This document shows, in pieces, positions 43,968-55,997 of a stretch of DNA of 64,000 nt. The notes below the pieces were generated by a model. It made no database searches and had not been told where the DNA came from. It worked only from the letters and a program-made list of their open reading frames with translations. The position numbers and the translations under genes were made by a program. Positions within the stretch are counted from its first letter, which is position 1; every line of letters begins with the position of its first letter. Location: NCBI GenBank assembly GCA_025594325.1, contig JANHCV010000001.1, forward strand, positions 1,364,001 to 1,428,000, read 5' to 3'. The stretch is from Blastocladiella emersonii ATCC 22665. Taxonomy: Eukaryota; Fungi; Blastocladiomycota.

Positions 43968-46900
43968 TCACTCGAGATCAAACTCCTGGTCGAGCCCCTG
44001 GTACCCGTCGCACATGAGGTACAGCTTGGACCCGGCGCCGAGGTGGGAGACGGTCACGGACATGCGGTCGCGCTCGCGGAACTGGAACCGCCGCAGCTCG
44101 ACGGCGCGCACCGGGTTCTCGCGCCGCTTGGCCGCGAGCTCGCCGTCCTCGCCCTCCTCCTCGCCGAGCTGCTGCTGGTCGCGCGGCGACGGCGGGCCGA
44201 CCACCATCACGTACCAGCCCTCGTACTGCGTCTTGGGGAACCGCGGCGCGTGGATCCGCGTGTCCTTGTTGGTGCGGTGCGCCGGGAACGCGCTGCGCCG
44301 GTGCAGCGTGACCTGGAGCTTCTTGACGGCCGCTTCGACGGCGGCCGGCACATCGGCACCCTCCTCGCCCTCGCCGTTGGCGGCGGCGGCGGCGGCCGGC
44401 TTGGCCTGGACCTCGCGCATGGCGACCTGGACGAGCGGCAGGTTGGCCGCGAACCGCAGCAGTTTGGGGCTGGCCTTGAGCTGGTTCTCGGAGCACGCCA
44501 TGAGCTCGGCGATGCACCGCACCTTGCGCGGGACCGCGCTGCGGGTGCCCGCGGGCAGCTGGTTGAGGTTCGGGTCCGAGATCCACTGCGCCTGCTTGAC
44601 CGACTGCAGCAAGTGGAGCACCTGGAGGCACGTCTCGGAGAGGCCCTTGTACACGGCTACGTCGAGCATGGCCTGCAGGACACGCACCGACTGGTCGAGC
44701 ACGCTGAGCGTGTCCGTAACGTAGTCGACGATGGGCAGCGTGGCGCGCGAGATGTGCGCCTGCAGCAGCAGGTGCGCCTTGAGGTGCGGGTTGTCCCACC
44801 CGGGGAAGTGCGTCACGTTGAACGGCACGTCCTGCGCGAGCTGCCGGTTCTGCAGGTCCTCGTTGTGCCGCACGGGCAGCTCCGCGTACTCCTGCGCCAG
44901 CGCCAGAATGTCGAGCAGCTTGCGCGGGTTCGCCACCCCGGGACCCGCGCGGATCGACCCGTTGAAGTGGTCGAGCGTCTGGTAGAACATGTAGTAGTAG
45001 CTGCCGATCTCGCCCATGCGCTGCGGCGTCACCTTGACCCCGTCGAGGTCCATGCACCCGGCGCGGTCCAGGTCGCCCAGCACCTCGTCGACCATGCCCG
45101 ACAGGTACTTGGACACCTCCTCAGGCGACGTGCCCTCGAGCCCGTAGTAGGTCGGGTTCTTCTGCAGCCGCCGGAAGAAGTAGGTCCACGTCACGTAGTC
45201 GAGCGCGTCCTGCTTGCTCTTGATCGTGCCCGTCGCGATCTCGGCGTTGAGGTGGTCGTGCAAGAACCGGTGCAGCGACGACTCGACGGGGAACGGCGAG
45301 TGCAGGAACTTCTTGTAAAAGTTTTTCTTGGACGCCTCGACGAAGACGCACGCGACGCCCTTGTCGTCGTAGCCCGGGCGGCCCGCGCGGCCCATCATCT
45401 GCAGCACGTCCGTGATGTCAAAGTCGACGTACTTCTTCTTCTTGGCGTCGTAGAACTCGGTGCCCTTGATGCACACGAGGTGCGCCGGCGTGTTGACACC
45501 CCACGCGAGCGTCGACGTGGCCACGAGCACCTGGATCTTGAGCGACACGAACAGCTCCTCGACGATGCGGCGGTCCGAGTCGGCGAGACCCGCGTGGTGC
45601 ATGCCGATCCCGAACGAGAGCGTGTGCGCGAGGTTCGGGTCCTTGATGCGCGCGAGGTAGTCCTCGAGCTCGTCGTCGGACATGTGCAGGAACCGCTTGG
45701 GCTGGTCGTCGAGGCAGCAGTACGAGATGATGTCGAGCGCCGTGAGCCGCGTCTGGCGCCGCGACGACACGAAGATGAGCGCGGGCTTGGTCGGCGAGTG
45801 CCGCAGGATCGCCGCGTAGCACGGCCGGTTCATGGTCGCCATGCGCGGGCAGTAGTGCTTGCCGGCGAACCCGTCAATGTACGTCTCGATCTGGACCGGG
45901 CGCACCGCCGGCTTGAAGTTGAACATGCCCGTCGGCTTGATCCCGAGCCAGTCGGCGAGGTCGCGCGCGTTGGCGAGCGCCGTACTGAGCCCGACGATGC
46001 GGATCGGCTGCTTGGTCGTCTCGGCAATGTAGTGCATGCGCGACACGATGATCTCGAGGATCGGCCCGCGGTCGCCGCCGAGCAGGTGGATCTCGTCAAT
46101 GATCACGCACCGCACCGACTGCACGTACGACCGGGCGCGCCACCCGCGCGAGATGCCGTCCCACTTCTCGGGCGTGGTGATGATGAGGTTGCCGCGGTGG
46201 ATGGTCTCGATGTCGGGCGCCACGTCGCCCGTCAGCTCGACGATCTTGGCGCCGAGCGGCGCGAGCTTGACCTTCCAGTCGTCGACGCGCTCGCGGACGA
46301 GCGCCTTGAGCGGCGCAATGTAGACGACCTTGCCGTCGGGGAAGTCGCGGAACGACGACCACATGGCGAGCTCGGCCGCGACCGTCTTGCCCGACCCCGT
46401 GGGCGCGCCGAGGAGCACGTTCTCGCGCGAGTTGTACAGCGTGTGGAACACCTGGGTCTGGATCGGGTTGAAGAACTGGAACTTCTTGCCGCAGATCTCC
46501 TCGAGCACCGGGTTCTTGAGCGCCGACACGGGCAGCGGGTTGAGCGGCAGCAGGTCCGTGTGCGGCGTGTACAGGTCGGGCAGGATGAGGTGGTCGAGCG
46601 TCACCGTGATCACCGACTCGCACCCGATCCACGTGTCCGAGACCCAGTGGATGTAGAGCTGGTTGGGCGGCGGCGACGCGATGGCGAGCTTGCACGACAT
46701 GACAAGCGGGTCGCGGTGCTTGGACTTCTGGATCATGAGCTGCTCCGTGTGCAGCACCTCGCCGCTCGGGTCCTCGATCCACATCCAGAACACCTGCAGG
46801 TTGCCGTGGACCGCGTCGAGCCACGAGAAGTCGCACTCGACGTCGAGGTGCAGCTCGACCACGGTGCTGGTGATGGGCGCGATGCGCGTCGTCATCTCGA

Positions 46901-49900
46901 GCCACGGCAGCTGCCACGCGCAGTCGATGACGACCGACGCGAGCTTCTGGTTGCGCACGAGCTCGCCGACGTCCTGCACCGACATCTCGCGCAGGTCGGC
47001 CACGTCCGTGTGGTCGAGGTTGGTGAGCTTGTCGATCATCTCGAAGGGCAGCACGGGGAACTGCGACAGCGGGTGCACGTAGCCCCACATGCGGCGCTCG
47101 ACCGACTTGCACATGCCGAGGACCGCGTTGGCCGTGTCGACGAAGGCGCGGTTGATGGCGAACTCGAACATGGCGCGCAGGATGCGACCCGCGTTCTGCG
47201 CAATGTACATGGTGTCGGAGATGAGCGCGAAATCCTCGATGCGCGCGTGCGACACGTAGGCCTGCAGCAGCACGTTGACCTTGGTCGGGGTGTCGGCGAC
47301 CTTGTTGCCGCGGATCTGGCACGGGCACGCCGCCTTGAGGAGCTTGTCGAGCTCCTTGGTCTCCTCGTCGCGCAGCTTGATCTGCTTGAACTCGTGGCAC
47401 TCGGACAGCAGCACGAGCACGTCGGCCTCGCCCATGCCGGTGCGGAGCTTCTCGTTGATGAGCTCGACGGTCGGGTGCTTGATGTAGTAGGTGGACGCGA
47501 TGCGGCCAATCTCCTTGCTGGCGAGCGCGCCCGTGTTGGCGTCGTACACGATCATGTTGTTGACGAGCAGGACGCGTGCGGCCTCCTCGACGAGCTTGCG
47601 GCGGCGGTCGATGAGCGCCGGGTCGTCGTCGGCCGTGATGCCGTACCGGACCGGGTTCTTGCGCATGCGCACGTACATGTACGTGTACCCGAGCCACTGC
47701 ACGGCCTCGTCGACGTTGGCCACGGTGCCGAGCGTGATCTCGGCGTTGAGGTTGTCGACGAGCGACGACGCGAACTGCGACTCGATGGGCAGCTGGTGCG
47801 TCATGGCCGACACGTACTTGGCCATCTTCTCGTACGGCGTCAGGATGTACCCGACACCCTCGCTCTCGTACTGCGGGCGGCCGGCGCGACCAAAGATCTG
47901 CAGCACGTCGAGGATCCCGAGGTCGACAAACGAACCGCGCTGCGCGTCGTACACGTCGGTGCCGCGGATGATGACGGCGTGCGCGGGCAGGTTGACACCC
48001 CACGCTAGCGTCGCGGTACAGAACAGGACCTTGATGACGCCCGCCGCGAACAGGCGCTCGGTCAGCGTGCGGTCGGGGCGCAGCATGCCGGCGTGGTGCA
48101 TGCCGAAGCCCATGGTGAAGAGCTCCTTGACCTGGGCCGAGCGCGACTTGCCGACCTGCATCGACCACGTCGAGTGGTCGGGGCTGCCCGTGCAGTCGAA
48201 GAGGTCGAGCTCGCCGTCCTGCGTGGCCTGCTCGCGCATCGACTGCGCCGCGCGGTACGTGTCCTTGCGCGAGTGCACGAAGACCATGACCTGGTGGCCC
48301 TCCTTGAGCTGCTCCTTGGCCATCTCGTAGCACGTGCGCGCGAGCGCCGCGCGCTGCGACCCGCTGTTGGTCTTGCCCTTGATCCCGACAATGTGCTGCG
48401 TGAGCGGGACGGGGCGGAAGCCCGAGTCAAAGTAGAAGAGGCCGCGGTGCGGGTTGACGCGCAGGAACTGGGCCACGTCGACGAAATTGGGCAGCGTGGC
48501 CGAGAGTCCGACGATACGGATCAGCGACTGGCTGGTCTCGACCTGGCGCTGCGTGCGGGCGACGATGGTCTCGAGCACGGTGCCGCGCTCCTCGTTGAGC
48601 AGGTGCACCTCGTCGATGATGAGCAGCTTGACCTTCATGCTGAGCTCCGAGTCGCCCGTCGCCTTGCGCGTGATCACGTCCCACTTTTCTACGGGCGCGG
48701 TCGCATTGCAGGGTCAGCATCGAGCGCTTTGTAAGCGAGCACGCCGAAGAAAACGTACCAGGCGTCGTGACAATCATCTGAGTCGCGAGAATCTCCTGCT
48801 TGGTGAGCTGCATGTCGCCCGTGAGCTCGCGGACCTGGATGCCAAGCGGGCCGAGGCGCTTGGAGAACTTGTCGACGACCTCGGCGGCGAGGGCCTTCAT
48901 GGGCGCGACGTAGATGATCTTAAAGTCCTTTTTCGCGATCCGCGGGCGGGACCCGTTGGTGGGACCGTTGGCGGCGCGGGCCTTGCCGGACGCGACAGTC
49001 CCGGGGGTCGGGCGACGGCGCGGATGGCCGGGCTCGTCGTCGTCGGCCGTGGTGTCGGCGCCGAGGTACCGGATATCCTCCTCGCCGTCCTCGAGCTCGG
49101 AGACGACGGCCGAGTCGGTGTCGGACTCGCTGCCGCTGGTCTCGGCGGCCGACGACTCGGCGACGCCCTCGTCGTCGATGAGGTAGTTGGAGATGGTGCG
49201 CAGGACCGTGAGCATGGCCACGTCCGTCTTACCGGCGCCCGTGGGCGCGCACACGAGCATGTTCTCGTTGGTCTCGAAGGCGATCGGGTGGACGAGCGAC
49301 TGCACCTTGTTGAGCGACTTGTACCCCTTGTAGACGCAGTGGGTCCACGCGGGCATCTTGTTGACGGTGATGACGCTGGCGTCGGGCAGCGGCGCGGCCT
49401 GGCGCGACGCCGGGATGACGATCTCCTCGTAGTCCTTTTCGTTGTGGCGCAGGGTGCCCTCGGGCAGGGCGAACTGGTTGCCGAACAGCGACACGCCGAC
49501 CGAGAGGCGCTCGCGCGCGGCCGCGTCGCCGGTGCGGAACACGCCCGGGTAGTCGTTGACGTTGGGCCCGCGCGGAACGATGCCGCCCGTCGGCATGGCG
49601 GCGGGACCGCGGAGCAGCTGCTCCTCGCGGGCGCGCTTCCAGTCGTCGAGCTGCGACTTCTTGGCCTGCTTGCGCTCGGCCGAGATGGTCCGGATGATGT
49701 CCTCGCGGTGGCGCACGAGCTCCTCGATGAGGTCCATGTTGTCGCTGCCGAGCAGCTCGAACAGGCTCGCGCTCATGGCGTCGTTGCGCTGCGGCTGCTT
49801 GAGCACGCCCTCGATCATGTCGCTCAGCGCACCCGCGTCCATGGGGACCGGGTCGCCGAGCTGCGCCATGAAGACGAGGTGGGCCTCGCAGCGGCTACAC

Positions 49901-50389
49901 GGTTTGGGAGGAGGGCGATGTGAGCGGTCCAGCCGTGCTAAGGATCGCGATCGAGCCGTACCCGAGGAGCCACTCGCTCGTGTACTGCTCGCCGTTGGCG
50001 TGGCCGTTGGCCGCGTCGCCGTTGCCGTTCTGCATGGCGGCGAGATCGAAGGCCGAGACGAACCCGTCGGCGTCGAGCTCGGCGAGCACGCTCTCGGGAA
50101 CGAGCCCGCGGAACGTCAGGCCGTTGGCGCCACCGGCAGCGGCAGCGTCATCCGCCAGGTCGCCCGACGACTCGAGCGCTGCGACGAGGCGCTGGGCCTG
50201 GGCGTCCCAGTCGGCATCGACGGGCGAGTCGTGGCCGTAGAGCGAGGCCGGGGGCGGGATCGCCGAGTGCAGGGCGGCCGGCGACGACGGGTCGTGCATG
50301 CCGGCCTTGCGCGCGTAGTACGTGAAGGGCAGGCCCGCGGGCGCGCGCGCGTCGAGCGCCGCGACTTCGAAGAGACTGAACTGATCCAT
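43968..50389 (-). CDS. SLH1: Ski2-like tandem-cassette helicase Slh1/ASCC3
   Basis: Two DExH cassettes (APTGAGKT..DEVH; APTGSGKT..DEIH) and Sec63 domains; DGISRGWRARSYVQ and RQTRLTALD are ASCC3-type. Introns at 49895-49961 and 48689-48758. Confidence 0.93.
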
Positions 50390-50541
50390 GGTGGCGATGG
50401 GTTGCGGCGAGTTGGTGTGCTCTACCGGGAGGGAGCGGCCTCCTTTTTGTAAGCAGCGAGGAGAGGGGGAGGCGCGAGGGCAAGGCCACGGTTGACGCGA
50501 CCGGCGGCACAAGCGGGACAAGCTCAACACGTCGCGGCCGT

Positions 50542-52476
50542 CGACCACGTCACTCGCCCATCAAAAGTCGCATCACAAAGGAGGTCATGAAGCACAACGT
50601 TGAATGACTGTATTACTGTAGTTACGAAGTGTCTTGCTATGTACAGATCCCGGCTAGTGCGAGCCGCCGACGACCTCGTCGAGCGAGCCGGTACCCTGCA
50701 ACGTAAGGATCGAGGCGCGGGCGCCGCGCTGGACGAGGAACGTGCCGAACGTCCCGAACACGGCGCGCGGCTCCGAGTCGCTGGTCGTTGTCGGCGCCGC
50801 GAGGTTGACGGTCGCAAACGGCGTGCCCGGCCCGCTCTTGCCCGCGTTCCCGCCGTTGCCCGGCGCGATGGGCGCCGCGTGCACGTCCCACGCCGACGGC
50901 TCGCGGACCAGCCCGTTGCCGCGCGCCGTGCCGATGAGCGACGAGAAGAGCGACCGCGTCGTCAACTGGTTGGCCGCCGCGTTCTCGGCCGCAGAGGCAG
51001 CGAGCGAGCCCGGGTGCGGCAGCAGCTCGACCTCCGAGTCCTTGAGCTTGGACGCGGCGGGAGCCGTGGCCGCCGTGCTGGTACCCAGCTGCGATGCGAG
51101 CGCGAGCACGTTCATGAGCCCGTGCCGCTTGCCCGTCACGACCAGGTCCGACGCGGCCAGGTTGAGCACGCGGCGCAGCGCAAACTCGTGCGGCTCCGGG
51201 TGCTCGTACTCGTCGACCGTGACGCGGATGCTGCCCGAGGATACGGATGCGGCCACGACCGCGAGCTGGTCGCGCAGCCGCGCAAACGCCGCGTCGTCGG
51301 GCGTCGCGGCCGACATGGAGTACGACCGCGTGCGCGTCAGCGGCAGGTCGAGCGACAGCGGCGGCGTCTCGCCCGCGATACCGGCAACGGCGGGCGAGGC
51401 CGCGGGCGACGCAGCCGCGTCGTGGTCGGCGGACGCGGCCAGGTTGACGTCGGACCCACTGCCCGCCGCGAGCAGGTCGGCGGGGCGCGGCGTCGACCCG
51501 TTGCCGCTCTTCTTGCGGCTGCGCGCGCCGACGCCGCCCGCAATCGACCCGATGATGCTGTTGCGCTTCTTCGACTTGGCCAGCGGGCCGTACTCGAGCC
51601 GCGCCTCCTCGTCGCCGTACCGCACGCGGAACACGGCCACGTCAAACTGGCCCGACGCCGCCATGCGCAGCACCACGTCCACGGCGTCGCGGTCGTCCTC
51701 GCCGCCCAGGAACACGAACAGGAGCGTCGGCCGGCGCGCCGTCACGCTCGCCGCAAACTTGACCGTCGCGCCGTCGCTCGTACCGGCCAGCCCCTGGTCG
51801 AGCAGCGCGCCGACCGTGACCGACGCCGCGCGCTGGACCGCCGCGACAAACTGGCCCGACAGCCGCGAGCCCGAGTACGGCAGCACGATCAGGTCGACGG
51901 CCGCCGAGTGCGCCTCGGCCGCGACGCGCTCGCCAAACTCGCCCGCGGGGCAGATGCCGAGCACCGACCGCGCCGCGACGCGGTTGAGCGCGGCAAACGT
52001 CACGAGCACGTTGACGAGCGGGTCGCGCCGCAGCGTCTCGGCCGACTCGGCCAGCCGCATCACCTCGGACGTGCGCTCCGACAGCTCCATGAGCCGCACC
52101 GCGACGAGACTGAGCGCGCCCTGCGTGCTCGGCGCCACGGCCGAGGACGTGTCGGGGGTACCGGGCGAGGTGCGCAGCGACTGGACCAGCGTCATGAGCG
52201 CCGGCACGCGCTCGAAGCGGTCGAGCGTGATCAGGACCTGGAACTTGTCGTCGTCGTCGCGGCCGTCGGTCGTGGCCGTCGGGCTCATGGCGCGCTTGCC
52301 CGAGGGGTTGGCCACGGCGCCCGTGATGGTGAGCGCAGTTGCGGCCGGGTCGAGGTACGAGACGATCGGGCTCGTCATCATGGTCGTCGTGACGGCCATG
52401 ATCACCATGACAACGAAGACCTGCGGCGAAATGACCTTGGCGTCTATACCGAGGTTCAAGACTATGAGCTCCACCA
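50542..52476 (-). repeat. Left arm of a 1,935-bp inverted duplication (copy of 57260-59194)
   Basis: The reverse complement matches the right arm at both ends and in every spot check. Paired coordinates sum to 109736 at both ends, so there is no net indel. The translated 606-aa frames are identical. Confidence 0.95.
50654..52474 (-). pseudogene. 5'-truncated duplicate of KHA1 (last transmembrane region plus cytosolic C-terminal domain)
   Basis: Identical to the C-terminal 606 codons of the KHA1 ORF but lacks the N-terminal antiporter helices. The first in-frame ATG is at 52408 (584 aa). Confidence 0.8.
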
Positions 52477-53090
52477 GCCCGGCGGGTGGTGCGGCAGGTA
52501 CGGCAGCTTGAGCGCCTTAATGTCGAGGTGGAACTGCGAGGGGCCGAGGTGGTTGCCGATGAAGGCCGCGATGAGCACGACGAGAATCGTCCCGTTGATG
52601 TACGTCTGCGCAGCGCGGGCTTGTGTTAGCGAGACCGTCGCGGGTGAGGAGAAGCGCGCAAGCGTACTATGTCACCCGTGGACTGAAGCGCAACAACGAC
52701 GATCATGGTCATCATGCGGGAGGTGGTACCCGCCCAGAACACGGCCATGCCGAGCGGCGCCGCGGCTCCGGGGTCCATGAGCGCCAGGGATGATCCCGAC
52801 GGCGCCCTCGAGGAAGAAATAGGCGAAGGTGAGCATGAAGCTGGCGAGCCGATTGAACGGCTGGTGCTCGGCGCGCGTCAGGATGCGCTGGTAAATAGTG
52901 TTCGCGGCCAAACCGGTTGTCGCGTCCGTGGAATGGTAAACCCCCCCTCCCCCCCCGGCCTTGGACATGCGGTCGGCGTACACCTGCTCAAAATTATCGA
53001 AAGGCTGGGGTTGACAATGATCTGCGTGAACATGAGGAACAGCAGCGCGCGTGCGATGATGGTGCCGAACGTGGCGGCCGAACGGTCGCC
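52462..53090 (-). pseudogene. Fragmentary, frameshifted CLC chloride channel/antiporter sequence
   Basis: MDPGAAAPLGMAVFWAGTTSRMMTMIVVVALQSTGDI/TYINGTILVVLIAAFIGNHLGPSQFHLDIKALKLPYLP parallels the C-terminal membrane helices of CLC-6/7. It retains an intron (52606-52667), has frame breaks near 52800 and 52950, and stops at 52462-52464 just inside the KHA1 duplicate. Confidence 0.7.
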
Positions 53091-53373
53091 TCTCCCCCTT
53101 CCCGCGCATACTCAACAACCCCCGCGGTCCCGTCATCCGTAGATCGTCGTGCGTCGTCCCTTTCTGTATTGCATGGAGTTTCATCAACCATCGCAGCTTC
53201 TTCAACTTCCGAGAGGTGAGGAGAAGCGCGCGCTCCATCGCACGTGTGCTTCCGTCATGCCCAAGCCCGTTTGATTCCGTTGCTCCACCACCAGGACCCC
53301 AAATTCTCACCCGCCCGCGCAGGCCAGGTCCTCTCTCCCCTCCGACCACACACGGATCGAACAACGTAACACC

Positions 53374-55343
53374 ATGGCCTCGCTGCTGCGTCACACTGCT
53401 CGCCTGGGCCGCTTCGGCCTCACGTCGCCCGCGGCCAAGTTCGCGCCGGCGCGCCCTGTCGCCGCAGCCCGCGCGGTCCCGCGTCGCTTCGGCTCCACCG
53501 GCCCGCACCACCACGGCAGTTCCGGCAGCTCCTCGTCGTCCGACTCGGCTGTCTGGGCCGTCGGCAGTGCCCTGCTCTTCGTCCCCGCCGTACGCTGCTG
53601 CCGATCCAACCCGATCGGACCGCGGACGCGAAGCCAACGTGTCGCTGCCGTCGTCTAGTTCTTGTACCTCACCAAGCCTCCGGAGAAGTACCTCGAGCAC
53701 AAGGCTGCCGCAGCCCACAAGGTCGCCCACGCCAAGCACGAGGAGGCCGCCGTTAAGGAGGAGGAGGAGGCCGCAGAGGAGGAGGTCCCGGCCCCCGCTG
53801 CCCCGACCTCGTTCAAGTATGTCCTGATCGGGTACGTTTTCTCGCGGTTTCCGGCTCCGAGAGACTGTCCACGCTGACTGCCAGCACCCCTTCCGTGTAG
53901 TGGCGGCACCGCGTCGTACTCTGCCATGCTCGGCATCCAGGAGGTGGAGCCGAACGCCGAGATCCTGATCATCACGGGCGAGGGCTACGCGCCGTACCAG
54001 CGCCCGCCGCTCACCAAGGAGCTGTGGTTCAGCGAGGACCCGGCCATTGCCGACACCCTGACCTTCACCAACTGGGAGGGCAAGCCCACCTCGCTCTTCT
54101 ACCAGGACGAGGCCCAGTACGCCGTCGTCGGCGACGACGCCGCGCCCACGGGCGAGGGCGTCAAGCTGCTCAAGGGCCGCCGCGCTATCAAGCTCGACGT
54201 CGAGAACCAGACCATCACGCTCGACTCGGGCGCCACGGTCAAGTACGACAAGGTCTTGCTCGCCACGGGCGGCACCCCGCGCAAGCTCTCCTACCAGAAG
54301 ACGCTGCCCGAGCCCGCCCAGAAGCGCGTCGTCACGTACCGCACGCTCGACGACTTCAAGAAGCTGCTCGCCGTCGCCGAGCAGGGCAAGCACGTGGCCG
54401 TGATCGGCGGTGGGTTCCTCGGCTCGGAGCTCTCGGTCGCGCTCGCCAAGAAGACCAAGGTCACCCAGGTGTTCCCCGAGGAGGGCAACATGGCCCTCGT
54501 GTTCCCCAAGTACCTGACGCGCTGGACCACCAAGCAGGTCGCGTCCGAGGGCGTTGAGGTGCTCGCCAAGTCGCAGGTGACGGGCCTGCGCTACGACGAC
54601 GAGAAGGACCAGGTCGTTGTCGAGGTCAACGGCAAGGCCCGCAACTTTGACCACGTCGTGGTCGCTGTTGGCATCGAGCCCAACGTCGCCCTCGCTCGCG
54701 AGGCTGGTCTTGAGATCGATTCGCAGCGCGGCGGTGTCGTCGTGAACGCCGAGCTCGAGGCGCGCCACAACGTGTTCTGCGCCGGCGACAACGTCTCGTT
54801 CCACGACGTCGCTCTCGGCCGTCGCCGTGTCGAGCACTACGACAAGTGCGTACTTTCTGCCATGCTGGACCAAATTCAGCCTGCTGACCCAATTCTGTTT
54901 CCGCGCGTAGCGCCGTTCTCCAGGGTCGCTGGGCCGGCCGGTCCATGGCGGGCAAGCCCAAGGCGTTCCTGCACCAGTCCATGTTCTGGTCGGACCTGGG
55001 CCCCAAGATCGGCTACGAGGCCATGGGTGTGCTCGACAGCTCGCTCGTCACCGTCGGCGTGTGGGCTCAGGAGGAGAAGAAGGCTGCCCCCGCCGCCGCT
55101 GCCGAGGCCGCCGAGGGTGCTGCTGCCGTCGTCCCCGCGGCCGAGAAGCCCGTTGGCAAGCCCGCGGGCTCCGAGGAGTTCCGCAAGGGCGTCGTGTTCT
55201 ACGTGCGCGACGACACGGTGGTCGGCGTGCTGGCGTTCAACGTGCACGGCAAGATGGACGTGGCGCGCCGGATCCTGCTCGAGGGCCACAAGCCGTCGGC
55301 GGCCAACGAGCTGGCCAAGAAGTTTGGCATCTTCTCGGCGTAG
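53374..55343 (+). CDS. AIFM1: Mitochondrial apoptosis-inducing factor (AIFM1-type FAD/NADH oxidoreductase)
   Basis: Arg-rich presequence and a TM helix, then LIG/GGTAS, PYQRPPLTKELWFSED, VIGGGFLGSEL, RRRVEHYDN and HQSMFWSDLGP..GYEAMG. Introns at 53590-53658, 53832-53900 and 54846-54910. Confidence 0.9.
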
Positions 55344-55997
55344 AGCGCGAGCGCGCAGTGTCGGTTGCCCCTCTCATACACGTTGTTCCTTGTTTTTGTC
55401 TCGCCCAAGCAGCTTGATTCGACCGGAAGCGAACCCGACGATGCGGCCGAGGGTAGGCGTGGCCCCGTGATACTTTGACGCGCTTCCGGCGCCCACGCGG
55501 CCCCGTGTGAGGCGCGACGCGTCTCCGGTGCGAGGCACGCGTGTCTCGCACCTTCCTTTCCCCAAACAGCCGCTCTGATCCCTGAACGAAAAAACGTGTG
55601 TGCGAGCGGGCAAACGTGTCGGCGCAAGGTCCCTGCCCAAGCACCCAATCGCGTGCGCGCAGGCCTCCGTGCGGCGCGGCGGCCAGGGACAAGCGGCAGC
55701 GCCCGCCCGCGTGAGCGTTGCTCGCTGGCCACGTTCATGTCGCCGCGGTGTGTTCATGCACGGGCATCGTCATTTTGGCGCCATTTCATTTGTCTCCCGC
55801 CGCCTCACGCGGGGGCCCTCAAGCCGCGGGTCGAGAAGGGACCCCACGCCACGGCGCCACGGCGACCGAAGCGCCCAGAACGGCGGCAGTGCAACGCGTC
55901 GCGGGTCTTAAGGGCACGACGCCCCCGCTCCCGGTCTCGTCTCCGCTAACGAACAACTTCACGCTCTACTACGCATCGACACTACCAGCACACGACC

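Noticed and set aside
43893-48008. Very long antisense and alternative-frame ORFs (for example 43893-48008+, 26015-28366-, 62137-63984-, 22173-24452+)
   Set aside because: They are shadows of GC3-rich real genes on the opposite strand, with Arg/Gly/Ala-rich composition and no motifs.
43968-50389. Helicase as Brr2/SNRNP200
   Set aside because: Second-cassette motifs (DGISRGWRARSYV, RQTRLTALD, GIGMHHAGL) fit Slh1/ASCC3 better.
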